NCBI GenBank assembly: GCA_000165345.1
Contig: CM000436.1
Span: 928,001-992,000, forward strand
DNA: 64,000 nt
Direction: 5' to 3'
Shown here: piece by piece, positions 51,757 to 62,277 of the stretch
Layout of the letters: every line of letters begins with the position of its first letter
Position numbering within the stretch: the first letter of the stretch is position 1
Made by a program: the position numbers and the translations under genes
Notes under the pieces: model-generated
What the model was told of the DNA's origin: nothing
What the model saw: only the letters and a program-made list of their open reading frames with translations
The model's database searches: none

Positions 51757-53440
51757 TTAGATGTTAATATAAGAATCGTGTAAGTCAACTGCCTTGGAAT
51801 TAATCGAATTCAAGACGGATAGATATTTCTTTAGAGTTTTGAGACTTCTGTGGAAACATTGTTGTTGTTCTTTTTGGACATTTCTGTATAATAGAAGTGA
51901 AGTAAGCAAGGAAGCAGTAAGGAAAAGCCACACACTTATTTGATTTTCCGGAGTTAAGTCAAAAGAAGCAGCAGTACCGTTTTGTTGGATGGCTTCACTA
52001 TTAGAGAAAATGTTGAATCCAGAATAGTTACAAACCTGGAAAATAGCCATAATTAGCATTAGTAAAATGATGAATAGAGAAGATTTTTTATACAAATTTT
52101 TTTGTCGGTATAGATTTTCTTTATTTTTCTCAAGTTGCGTTTGTTTATATATAAGGCACTTATTATGCTCAAGTAAAGTTTGACAATCATTTAGTAGTGT
52201 AGCAATATCGTCCTGGACTTTCCTATCCACAACCTTTTCGATTTGGTCAACAACTTCCAAGATTCTGTTTAGAGTGGGGAGGCCATTACCTACTTGAGAT
52301 AATTTGTCCGGTGCATGTGATTTACCAGATTTAGTTCGAACATTAGTTATATTCTGATTTTCTGAATTTGAAAACGACTCTCCTAAAGATTGAAGGGTGT
52401 TTAAGGTCAAATAGGTTCCGTCCTTTGCACCTGCAATATATATGGGGATTAAATCAAAACCATGCTTGATTGCAATGCTGGAGCTAAGATTCTGGGTGAC
52501 TTGGCATATTACTTTAATTCTATCTTCCTCTGTAGGAATTTCATCAATCTTTGTTAATAGAAAACTTGTTTTGCGAGGAGCATTTTGTGCAATATATTTC
52601 GCAAAACTTAAAAGCCTTTTACTAAGAGCTTGTCCTGAAGGGTCAATACAAATCAAAACCAAGTCACACAAAGACATTGCAATATCTCTAATTACATTAT
52701 CAATATCAAAAGAATATATTGAATCGCCATCTAATAATCCTGGAGTGTCAATAAAATTAATACTTTGCAACCTTCCTTGATTAGAAGGGAAAGTTTTAAC
52801 AGACAAACTTGGAAGTAGAGTTGGGTTCCTCTCCACAACTTCTCTGAGCTCTGGTAAAATCATTAAAGCTGTTTCACCGCCAATTTCATTAACTTGTTTA
52901 CCTGAAACCACAAATGAGATTCCACAAGTTTCTATAGCCATTCCTGTCTTTTGTATATTTTCTTGCAACAGCCAATTAATCAATGTGCTTTTTCCCGCAG
53001 AAACATTTCCAATTATCATTACAGTAGCCTTCCTTCCCAATTTGGAGACCTTTAAGTTTAATGCTCTGCTTATTGAATATAGGCCTAACCCATCATCATT
53101 ATTCTCAAGCTCTTCTTCATATCCTTCCATTTCATCTTCATATTGATTTATAAATCTATCCAAATTGCGGCTTTTACCTCCTTTTCTTCCCATACCATGT
53201 ACTCTTCCAACTTTATATCCATTGTACAAGCCATAAATCTAAAAAAAAAAAGCAAATGTAAATTAATTTTAAAGTTCATAATATCTCATTAACCTGGATA
53301 CAACATCTCTCCAAAGCTAATGATGGTAATATTAACAACAATATTTTCAAACATACCTCATCCAGTATAGATGCATTCAAATTATTACGCTGCTCATTAG
53401 GCTTTAATGCCAGCAAAGATGGTTTTACTTTATCTTGCAT
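51757..53440 (-). CDS. membrane-anchored dynamin-superfamily fusion-type GTPase (Sey1/atlastin/Fzo-like G domain + 2 C-terminal TMs), 2 exons: join(53440..53357, 53238..51757)
   Basis: G1 IIGNVSAGKSTLINWLL, G3 DTPG, G4 TKID. Two hydrophobic segments lie near the C-terminus (LFIILLMLIMAIFQV, ISVWLFLTASLLTSLLLY). ORF-track start 53229 is TTG, and the in-ORF ATG is at 53193. Upstream, an ATG exon (MQDKVKPSLLALKPNEQRNNLNASILDE) ends GAG|GTATGT at 53356. A 118-bp intron ends ttttttttttTAG at 53240..53239, and phase 0 continues into IYGLYNGYKV... Confidence 0.65.
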
Positions 53441-53608
53441 ATCTTCTGATACAAATTAAATGTACTATATTTACTTCTTTTAGTCTTTAGATGATATCGC
53501 ATGAAATATATTGATTTACCTTTTATTATTTTAATTTAGAATTTCTTTTCTTACCTACCCCACATGCTTTGCTTTATCTACATCTCCATTAAATTATATA
53601 TTTGAACA

Positions 53609-53616
53609 ATTCCCGC
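53609..53616. promoter_or_regulatory. TTCCCGCC upstream of GTPase exon 1 (minus); TTTTGGCGG at 53826..53834 upstream of eIF2B-gamma
   Basis: Two E2F-like sites sit in the 518-bp divergent intergenic region between 53440 and 53958. Confidence 0.45.
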
Positions 53617-53957
53617 CTTTTGTGTGCAAATAATACAAAATTTTAAACTGAAGGCGAATTAGAATTAATGAAAATAGTAGAAGAAATAATCTTTCAAAAT
53701 GGAGCATGATAATTTAAATATCTAGTGGACTACTTTTTGTTATCTTTGGATGTTTGTGCTTTTAATAATTAGTAATTTATTTGTTTTAGTCAATTAGTCG
53801 TAACTAGCTATATTAAATAAAAGGTTTTGGCGGTAAAGTATCGAATATAATAAACATTGACCTGGGAAAAAAATTAAGTAAAACCTGCTTTAAGTTGTTG
53901 TCCAACTTAAATAATATTTTAACTTAGGCGAATTAACTAGCTATATGATTTAATAAA

Positions 53958-55460
53958 ATGACATCAAATAACGAGCGTTTTCTATATTCTAGTGAATTCA
54001 AGGGGGTGATTTTTGCAGGTGGCTCTGGTAGAATGTTGGGACCACTAGCAAAGAATATTTCAAAGGCAATGATCCCAGTATGTAATAAGCCAATGATATG
54101 GTACCCTTTATCTAATTTGATACAACATAGGATTAGAGATATATGTATATTTTGCGAGGAGGAGTTTGAGAATTCTATAAGAAAATATATTTCAGAGACG
54201 TTTTCAAATGATACGATAATTAAAAGGTTTGAATTTGAAGAAACATATCAACAAAATATTAAAATTATTGGATTAAAGGAAGATGAGTCTTTATTAGAAT
54301 CAAGTGGTACTTGGAGTATTCTATCAGAATATGGAAAAGAATTTTTACGAGATTCTGACTTCTTTGTCTTAACTTGTGATGTTATTGGACCATTAGATTT
54401 ATTAGGATTAGCAAATAAGCACCGTCTTACACAAGCTGTATGTACTATCTTATTAACAGAAAGTCCTGATTTATCCAAAATTAAAGGTTCTGGAAAGCAA
54501 ACCTCTAATTCAAATAATCAAGCTCAAGCAAATCCAATTGGAGGAATTTCAGTTGATTTGCAAAAAGATAAAAATAGAAGTATCTTTGTTATAGATGAAA
54601 AAGATGAAGTAATTCTATCTATAAAAGATTTTTATTCTGCTAAGCAAGAAAATGAAGTTTCCGAATTAAGCAAGCTTCAATTGTTTTGGCATCCCAATGT
54701 ATCATTACGTACGGATTTGGTAGACTTGCATGTATATCTATTCAAATCCTCCATTTTTAAGATCCTTGAAATTGCATCTGGGTCACAAAAAATATCCACA
54801 ATTGAATACCCAGAAGATGGAATTGAGTCAATCAGACTAGAACTTTTACCATTCCTTGCGAAAAATCAACATGTACCAGGTTCTGAGCTTTGGGGCAGGT
54901 CCAAGTTTGATTGTTATCACTTTCTAGACGACGAAATAACTACATCGAACGATTCATCTGTTAAATTCACTAAAATTGACCTTCCTCCGAAAATAGAAGG
55001 TACATCAGTATCATATTTCCTCCAAAAGCTCCCTCAAAATTCTTCTAGGGTAAACACTATCATGGCTTTACATGATTGCAATTTGGCGGCAACATCTCCC
55101 GCATACTTCCCTGCATGGCTAGCTGAAGAACATGATATAGGGACAAATGTGGGGAAGGAGGTAATCATCGGTCAAAATTGTAACCTTGGAAAAAGTGTGC
55201 AGTTAAGAAGATGTGTTATTGGGTCAAATGTTGAAATAGGAGATGGCTCTAAGATTGTAAACTGCGTTATTTTAGACAATACAAAGATAGGATCCAAGTG
55301 TACAATTCAGAACTCAGTCATTGGCCAATATTCTGAGATTGGCGATTCATGCAAAATTTCCTATTCTGTAATAGAGCATTATTTTAAAGTGGATGCCAAC
55401 TCAAAATCGCAGGGAGAGATAATGGAAAAGAGAGATGAACTCTTCGAGATCAGTATTTGA
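53958..55460 (+). CDS. translation initiation factor eIF2B gamma-like (nucleotidyltransferase fold + left-handed beta-helix hexapeptide repeats), 500 aa
   Basis: The N-terminus VIFAGGSGRMLGPLAKNISKAMIPVCNKPMIWYPL matches the eIF2B-gamma/epsilon NT domain. The C-terminus has isoleucine-patch hexapeptide repeats (IGSNVEIGDGSKIVNCVILDNTKIGSKCTIQNSVIG). Confidence 0.75.
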   Translation: MTSNNERFLYSSEFKGVIFAGGSGRMLGPLAKNISKAMIPVCNKPMIWYPLSNLIQHRIRDICIFCEEEFENSIRKYISETFSNDTIIKRFEFEETYQQNIKIIGLKEDESLLESSGTWSILSEYGKEFLRDSDFFVLTCDVIGPLDLLGLANKHRLTQAVCTILLTESPDLSKIKGSGKQTSNSNNQAQANPIGGISVDLQKDKNRSIFVIDEKDEVILSIKDFYSAKQENEVSELSKLQLFWHPNVSLRTDLVDLHVYLFKSSIFKILEIASGSQKISTIEYPEDGIESIRLELLPFLAKNQHVPGSELWGRSKFDCYHFLDDEITTSNDSSVKFTKIDLPPKIEGTSVSYFLQKLPQNSSRVNTIMALHDCNLAATSPAYFPAWLAEEHDIGTNVGKEVIIGQNCNLGKSVQLRRCVIGSNVEIGDGSKIVNCVILDNTKIGSKCTIQNSVIGQYSEIGDSCKISYSVIEHYFKVDANSKSQGEIMEKRDELFEISI

Positions 55461-55692
55461 TTATTTAATTTCCCATTAGTTTTTTTTATATAGCAGGTTT
55501 GCTCTCTAAATATTCTATTTTCATTATTCTAGTTTTCTGATTGCTATATTTAAAACAATAATTATCTCTAAACTAGTAAAACTCATAAAAGTTTTATTAT
55601 GTTTGTATTTAGAAAGATATTATCTATTTAACCTAACTAGATAAGAAATAATAAAAATAGATTAAGGATCAGTAAACCAAGTAACTATAAAT

Positions 55693-58236
55693 CTAACAGG
55701 AAGCAACTGTTATATTGAGTAATTCCCTAAGATTCTGAATTGAATTGAATGTTGCTTCTTTGAATAAATTAGAATCAGAGCAAGACTCTGCTGAGTTCAA
55801 GACGGCCTCAAGACTTGACTTTATATTGGAAGCAACGTTAATCAACTGAAGCCTCTTTTTGTTTTGACAGCTTTGAGGGTCTACGTAGACTTGTTCGACT
55901 AAAGTTAGTTCTTCAGCCTTTTCCCTTGATCTCTTGACAGTTTCTGAAGGGAGGCCAGAAAGTTCTGCAACATCAACTCCTAAAGACTTGTCTGTGAATC
56001 CTTTTTCAACTTTGTATAAGAACTTTAGAACTCCACTTCCTTGTTTAGAAAGAGATAGTGCTTTAGATGTAGATGCCGTTACTCTTAAATTAGTTACATT
56101 TGGGGTACTAGATGCAAGCGAACTGAGCTCATGAAAATGGGTAGCAAAAAGAGTATAACATTTTTTCTCACTAACAAGATAACTTGCAATGGACCATGCG
56201 AGGCCAAATCCATCAAATGTTGATGTACCACGCCCTAGTTCATCAACTATAACCAAAGTTCGCTCCGTTGCACTCCTTAGAATTGCAGACGCCTCAATCA
56301 TTTCAGCAAAGAAGGTAGAAATTCCAAGTATTTGCGCATCAGAAGCACCAACTCTACACATTAATTGATCCATTATAGGTATCTGTGCTTCTTGAGCAGG
56401 AACAAAGCATCCTATTTGGGCCAGTAAGGAACAAATAGCAATTTGGCGAATATAAGTTGATTTTCCACCCATATTTGGGCCTGTTATGATACTCAATAAA
56501 TTCCCATGACGGTGAAGTTCAACATCATTCGCAACAAACTGGCCAGTAGTAGAAACTGTTCCTTGGGCTTCAATTAATGGGTGACGAAGTTCCTTGCAGT
56601 AAAATCGGCAATTACAATTAGTGGATCCATCCTCCGAGATTTTCATTTCAGTTGCCAAATTGCATTTCCCATTGACCATTTTAGGCCTTACAAATGGAAT
56701 CTGGGCGCATAAAGACGTCATTGAAAAGCTCAAAAGAACGTCAATTGACCCCAAAATACCTGCAAGCCGAGAAACCAAAGACCAATAAGTAGAAGCTACA
56801 GATAAAGCCTTAACAAGTACTTGTTCTTGCTCATTATTATATTCTTTTATAACTTTTTCTTCACGATCTGAAAGGTCCATTAGCTCGTTTGTCCTAAAAA
56901 TATAATCATTCTTGTTTATTCTAACCTGTTTAAATCGCTTCTTATCTTGGAAATATTCTATGTCCCTCCTAGTGACTCTAAAACAAAGACTTGTATCAGC
57001 TCCTTCTCCTCTTATAACTCTAACAGCCTCTCTAGACCCTTCATTATATCCACGTTCTCTGCAGAGATATGCATCCAAATCTTTCCTGTGGGCCTCGATT
57101 TTACGTTGTATCCTATTCTTCTCTTCTGAAAGCTTTTCAAGTTCTGGGGTAAAATATGGAATAATCAAGTAGTTACCTTTGTCCGCTTCTTCAAGATCAA
57201 TAGTCTTTTCAACTAATCGAATATAGTCTTTAAACCTGTTCAATGTTGACTCCAATGGTACAAGAATTAGGTCATATACTGACTGAACAAAACTTGGAGA
57301 AGAATCTGAGTTCTTATTTTCCTCCAATGCATCCTTTATATCAGAAAAAATATTTCCTGATTGCATTACACTATCATACAACTTGACCATATCCTCTAAA
57401 CCGAACTTTGGTTCTCTCTCAGATTTTGAGCTTTCAGAAGCCATTAAAGAAGCAAATGTCCTAAATCGGACAGCTATTTGATCTAAATCGCAAACTTTAC
57501 GCATATGAATACCATACAATTTCTGACGTAAGAAGTCATTTTTACAAAAGAATTCTACAACATCTTGGCGTGAAATGATCTGTTTCTCATCAATAAGAGG
57601 TTGTCTTAGCCATTGCTCAAGTCTTCTAGCACCAACCTTAGTTCTAGTTTTGTTCAGCAACCCAAATAAATTTGTTGATGCTTTACTACTTTCTCCCTTG
57701 CTTGGAAAGATCCTTAATGATTGAACACAGGCAGAGTCCATTCTCATGAAAGTTTTAGTTACAAGAAACTTAATTTCACACTGAGAGTTATTCTCTTTAG
57801 ACTGGACTAACTGAAAATGTCTTATTAAGTTAAGCAATGAATGTCTAATCAATTCACTTTCTAACTCCTTCCCATAACTGCTGCATGACCTCCTTAATAG
57901 AGGAGAAATTATGACTTCAAAATCTTCAACAGTAGATGATTTTGGGAACTCGATTTCTTCGCATGTCCAATTATTGTTCATATCTAGTAAATTACGTAAA
58001 CGCTTTAAGCTTAAACAATCTTTCTGAACTGAGTAAACTACATTACTTGGCTGAGTCCTTACAAGTAAAGACTCTAATTCAGAAAGTTGTTCATTATCTT
58101 CTATATTTGCTACTGAAATTAATCCACTGTTTACATCAAAAAGAGAAATCCCAAGTTTTGGTTCAGTAATTGTCTGTTTTGCAACAATTGAGCAGAAAAT
58201 TCGAGTTTTAAAATTTATATCAATTGTGTTGTTCAT
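55693..58236 (-). CDS. MSH2: DNA mismatch repair protein MutS homolog 2, 847 aa
   Basis: ABC ATPase core TGPNMGGKSTYIRQIAICSLLAQIGCFVPAQEAQIPIMD, STFFAEMIEASAILRSATERTLVIVDELGRGTSTFDGFGLAWSIASYL, TLFATHFHEL. This is closest to the MSH2 signature (STFMAEM..DELGRGTSTYDGFGLAW). Confidence 0.9.
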   Translation of the reverse strand: MNNTIDINFKTRIFCSIVAKQTITEPKLGISLFDVNSGLISVANIEDNEQLSELESLLVRTQPSNVVYSVQKDCLSLKRLRNLLDMNNNWTCEEIEFPKSSTVEDFEVIISPLLRRSCSSYGKELESELIRHSLLNLIRHFQLVQSKENNSQCEIKFLVTKTFMRMDSACVQSLRIFPSKGESSKASTNLFGLLNKTRTKVGARRLEQWLRQPLIDEKQIISRQDVVEFFCKNDFLRQKLYGIHMRKVCDLDQIAVRFRTFASLMASESSKSEREPKFGLEDMVKLYDSVMQSGNIFSDIKDALEENKNSDSSPSFVQSVYDLILVPLESTLNRFKDYIRLVEKTIDLEEADKGNYLIIPYFTPELEKLSEEKNRIQRKIEAHRKDLDAYLCRERGYNEGSREAVRVIRGEGADTSLCFRVTRRDIEYFQDKKRFKQVRINKNDYIFRTNELMDLSDREEKVIKEYNNEQEQVLVKALSVASTYWSLVSRLAGILGSIDVLLSFSMTSLCAQIPFVRPKMVNGKCNLATEMKISEDGSTNCNCRFYCKELRHPLIEAQGTVSTTGQFVANDVELHRHGNLLSIITGPNMGGKSTYIRQIAICSLLAQIGCFVPAQEAQIPIMDQLMCRVGASDAQILGISTFFAEMIEASAILRSATERTLVIVDELGRGTSTFDGFGLAWSIASYLVSEKKCYTLFATHFHELSSLASSTPNVTNLRVTASTSKALSLSKQGSGVLKFLYKVEKGFTDKSLGVDVAELSGLPSETVKRSREKAEELTLVEQVYVDPQSCQNKKRLQLINVASNIKSSLEAVLNSAESCSDSNLFKEATFNSIQNLRELLNITVASC

Positions 58237-58732
58237 CCTTTATTATTAATTATTAACTTTTTACTTCAAAAAATTCCTCATCTATTGATTTTACTTTTCT
58301 TTTAATTTCCAATTACATTTCCCCACAGTTATGAGGAGCCAAATGTAAAATATGCTATTATTAAAATTATATCGAAAAAATTACTCAAGTTTTATTTAAA
58401 TGAAGAAAAATAATACTTAATTATAATTTTCTGTTTCAATGTTTATTTATCTTTGTTTTTAAAATTATTTTTCTTAAATTCAAAATGTTATTAATTTTCA
58501 ATTTATTTTCACGTTTATTTCTTGATAGTTTTTAAGTCTATTACATGCGAATGATGAACATAGGAATTTTACACGTGATTTTCATACAAAATGTTAAAAT
58601 AAGAGGAAATTATTAATTAATTCAAGAAAAGTTGGTATAAAATGTCAAACAGATAAAAAGTGGCTGAATGAAATAAACAAGGTATAGTTAGGAATTAGAT
58701 TTTGATAGACAAATTTACTATATTTTGATATA

Positions 58733-59923
58733 TTATTGTATTTCAATATTAGGCTTCCACCATATTACATTAATACAAGCTAAAAGTAATTAGCATTCAC
58801 ATATATTTAAGGTGGTTAATGAACATACCTGAAGCAAAAAAGGCCTTTTTAGGGTTGAATGCAATGCATTTCGGTTGTCCAACATGACCAGTGAGATTAA
58901 CTATATGTTTTGCAGTAGTAGTTGACCAAATAGAGATAGTGGAATCCTGTAAACCATGGATTACGTACTGGGAATCACTTGAAAATACTGGCCTAGTTTC
59001 AGATTTTATTATATGGTCTAAATATAGAATAATAAATAACAGTAATATAATGAAATAGTTAAATGAGGCCATTATCCTCAATTAAATTAAGAACTTACTT
59101 GGAGATTTATTTACAGTTTTATATTCTTGGAATAGCTCTCCTCTGAATGAACTAATGGTGAAGATTTTTCCTAAATTGGTTTTAACTAATATAAGTCTGC
59201 CATCAGGACTGAATGTAATATGATCTATGTAATTTTTCTTTCCAATATGACTTGAAAGGTTAAAGGTATCAAAAGGAGAGTATGTTTTAGAATCATACAT
59301 AGTGATAATATGATCATCAGTTGCAACAGCAAAAGTTCGTCCTTCAGGGTCAAAAGCTGAGATTGGAGTTTTATTTTTTGTGGATTGAACTGCCAATGGG
59401 GTCTCAAGCTTAAAATTATATATAGATACTTTTGAATCATTTGTTGAAACAATGAATAAATCTTTGTTGGGATGCACAGAAATCCCATTATATGGCACGA
59501 CACTAAAAAGAGTTGAATAAAATGAATTAGAAATAATGATTTCCAAACATAAAGAAATATCTTAAATAAATTAACTTACCCAGATGAAAGTTTAGTAGCC
59601 CTAATATATCTATTTTCTTGAATATCCCATAGTCTGATAGTGGCATCACCATCTGTTTTGTTTGAAGCTACAAGGCATTGCTTGTTACTATGAGCGAATT
59701 TTATTGCATCCATACTATTCTTCCTAGAGTGGTGAATCCTGAAGATATCCCCAGAAGAAATGGTGTACACTCTTAATGTGTCGCTTTCACAAATGAGTAA
59801 TGAGTCGCCATCTTCACTCCAATCCATATTTGAAATAGGCGTGATCGCATCTTTAAATACACGGCATGCTTTAAATTTGGTAATCAAATCATCATTCAAA
59901 ACAGTTCTAGATTGTTCCAACAT
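58733..59923 (-). CDS. WDR82: WD40 protein WDR82/Swd2 (COMPASS/APT component), 4 exons: join(59923..59580, 59502..59099, 59017..58829, 58779..58733)
   Basis: The model fuses three ORF-track fragments (59576..59935, 59082..59546, 58797..59081) and adds a 15-codon terminal exon. Donors are GG|GTAAGT (59579), A|GTAAGT (59098) and G|GTATGT (58828). Acceptors are ctctttttAG (59504..59503), ttctatatttAG (59019..59018) and aattacttttAG (58781..58780). Introns are 77, 81 and 49 bp, with phases 2, 1, 1 consistent. ATG at 59923 (ORF start 59935 is TTG). The spliced C-terminus ..KKAFFASACINVIWWKPNIEIQ matches the WDR82 C-terminus (..FASACSNMAFWLPTIDD). Confidence 0.8.
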
Positions 59924-60020
59924 AATGATGAACAACTATTATAGTCTGAATAGTTTAAATTTAACTATTAGAAATAAAACACTCAATGTAGAAAATGTAC
60001 AGCTTTTTGACATTCGTATA

Positions 60021-60033
60021 TTTGGCGCCAAAA
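60021..60033. promoter_or_regulatory. TTTGGCGCCAAAA about 100 bp upstream of the WDR82 ATG (59923, minus strand)
   Basis: Near-perfect palindromic E2F-like site. Confidence 0.55.
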
Positions 60034-60172
60034 TGTTTATTTGGGAAATTTAAAGGGAATAATAATTAGATTATGAAAGAGAACAAAGAATTGAAACAAA
60101 GGCTAAGGAAGAATTTTTATTAAAATATGACTTAAGAAAGTGCATTAATTAATGCATTCTCCTGAAATGAAT

Positions 60173-61031
60173 CTACTCGTCTGATATAGAATCATCTTCG
60201 CGATAATATAGTAGAGGGGCATGGTAAATATCTCTACGTATGATTTCTCCAATATCGATATCATCAGAGATATTTTCTGAAAAAAAGTCGAAAAATGATA
60301 AAACACTATTTTTGTATTCCTCTTCATTTTCTTCAGTATCAATAAATTTCTTTTCAATAATTGATCTTGGGGACTCTTTCTTCCAGTTAATTTTGGTTAC
60401 TTCGTTTACAATTTCTTGGTTATCTTTAAAGATAATATGCTTGACTAAAATATTTGGCTCCATAAATTCAGATACTGCCTCATCAAATATTAATTTAATT
60501 TTATAGGACCCTTCATTATCTAGATTATCTTCTAACTCTATATCTTTTAAATATTCAAGAATATCAAAATCCTCAGGATGCATGTTATCTTGGAAAACGG
60601 GATGTCTGGAAATAGTGTCAGCCCAAAATTTGGGTATTTTTTCAATTATAGCTTTTCTTTCATCAAAAATTGGTTTTTTCTTCTCATCAAATTGTCTCTG
60701 AATAATCATTTGCTCCTTAGCACATTCACTGTCTAGCTCCATTAATCTGGTATCAACTAATAATTTTCATTATTACTCTCAAATCAAAAGCTAGAAAACT
60801 TACCTTCTTCAAGCTTTGAAATTAATTCCTGTTTTTCATCTGAATTTGTCTTATCCCTAAGATATAATTCAAAAACAATAACAGAGTTAAAGTTACCGTA
60901 AATACTGTTCAAAACTAAAAAATTCAGCCACACTTATTACTGCATTGCAATAATAGTGTACTGAAGTAAATTTAAAATTACCCCATATTAGAAGTCTCAG
61001 CAGTTTCTAAATCTAACTTTTGCTTTTTCAT
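60173..61031 (-). CDS. nucleosome assembly protein NAP/SET family (SET/TAF-I-like), 3 exons: join(61031..60982, 60856..60804, 60756..60173), about 228 aa
   Basis: Exon 3 has the NAP core (KIPKFW..H..., strong similarity to SET: ..RQPFFQKRSELIAKIPNFW). It begins at acceptor aaaattattAG (60758..60757), 13 codons upstream of the ORF-track ATG. Exon 2 (53 nt, DKTNSDEKQELISKLEE) lies between acceptor tatcttAG (60858..60857) and donor GAAGAAG|GTAAGT (60803). Exon 1 is ATG(61031)...AATATGGG|GTAATT. Phases are 2 then 1, with no stops. Acidic tail. Confidence 0.7.
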
Positions 61032-61155
61032 CTTTATTATATCACAGCTTCTATAGATTAAAATATGTTGCTTTATAATTCAATCTTTAGAGTAATTATT
61101 ATAACCGCCTTCGTTTTTTTTAGTAACTTTCATATTATAGTCAAATTTTGATTAA

Positions 61156-61180
61156 TTGCCCGCCCGATTGTGCCGCCACT
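61156..61180. promoter_or_regulatory. TTGCCCGCCCGATTGTGCCGCCAC in the divergent promoter between SET/NAP (61031, minus) and gene A (61359, plus)
   Basis: Clustered GGCGGG-type sites. Confidence 0.45.
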
Positions 61181-61358
61181 TTATATGGTTTTACACGACA
61201 TGTACATGTCATTTTTGGCCTGAAGTGTGATTGAATAATAATTTTTACTAAAAACAAAAATAGATAGAAATTGAGATAATTTTTTCAAAAGTAATACATG
61301 GAATCTTGTGGGAGTATCACAGAAGAGTGTATTTGAGAATTATACGTCTAAAGAAAGA

Positions 61359-62162
61359 ATGGCTTCTCTCAATGATATTAGTAAAGGTTCACAGGGGAGC
61401 CAGTTAATAGATTTAAATGGCTCTGAGAAGAGAAATGACTATATGGACTACATGTCACATTTGCAAAGTAGTGCTGCTCAATTGAGATATGAAAATAGTG
61501 TTTTAAAGAATGATAATGCAAATTTAGTATCAAAGTTGGACAGAGCTGTGAGTAAGAGTAGAAATGGAGTAGAAATACCAGAAAATGCAACAACAGCAGA
61601 AATTGCGGAGGCATTTGAAAAGTTGAATGATGAAAACTGCAGATTAAAGAGAGAAATGGAACGTTTGATACGATCAAATACTAGATATAGGGTTGCAATG
61701 CAAAATAGAGATCCTAGCTTAATTCCCTCTGAAGAACAAGATAAAAGTTTTTTTAACTCTGATGACTCTGGAGGAAGGTTATGCCAGTGTGAATATATAC
61801 TTAATGAAATTCTAGAAGCAGTTTCTTATAAGTTAGAAACTTATGAAAAGCATATCTGGGAACATAGATTAGCTACTTTAACTAGTGAAAGAGATGAAAT
61901 TGCTGTCCAGAATATTTCACTAGTAGATAGGCTAGCTGAAATTGAAGCAATTATTAAAGTAGATCATGTTCTTGCTGAAAGATTTAATGTTCCTCTAGAA
62001 GGTTGTGATGAAAAGAATCAAATATTAACTTTACACCGTAAGTTGGGCTTTGCATTGGATGTAAACCAGCAGCTCGAAAGAAGATTAGCTTTTGAAACGC
62101 AGCTTTCAAGATCTTGGCAAAGTAATATGCATACAATTGTTAGTGAGGTAAGTTTTTCCTAA
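61359..62162 (+). CDS. hypothetical coiled-coil protein (gene A), about 268 aa
   Basis: ORF 61308 starts GTG. The first in-frame ATG is at 61359 (MASLNDISK). Heptad-rich. It ends ..TIVSEVSFS*, but the last codons read GAG|GTAAGT (see findings for the alternative fusion model). Confidence 0.5.
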   Translation: MASLNDISKGSQGSQLIDLNGSEKRNDYMDYMSHLQSSAAQLRYENSVLKNDNANLVSKLDRAVSKSRNGVEIPENATTAEIAEAFEKLNDENCRLKREMERLIRSNTRYRVAMQNRDPSLIPSEEQDKSFFNSDDSGGRLCQCEYILNEILEAVSYKLETYEKHIWEHRLATLTSERDEIAVQNISLVDRLAEIEAIIKVDHVLAERFNVPLEGCDEKNQILTLHRKLGFALDVNQQLERRLAFETQLSRSWQSNMHTIVSEVSFS

Positions 62163-62277
62163 AAAGTTTGCCATTTGCTAACTTTATTGTGACCAATTTC
62201 TAATTTCCCGCCACCCCACATTGCAATTATTACATGCATTTGCAAATTATTTGCACATTTTATAGTTAAGGCAATAT

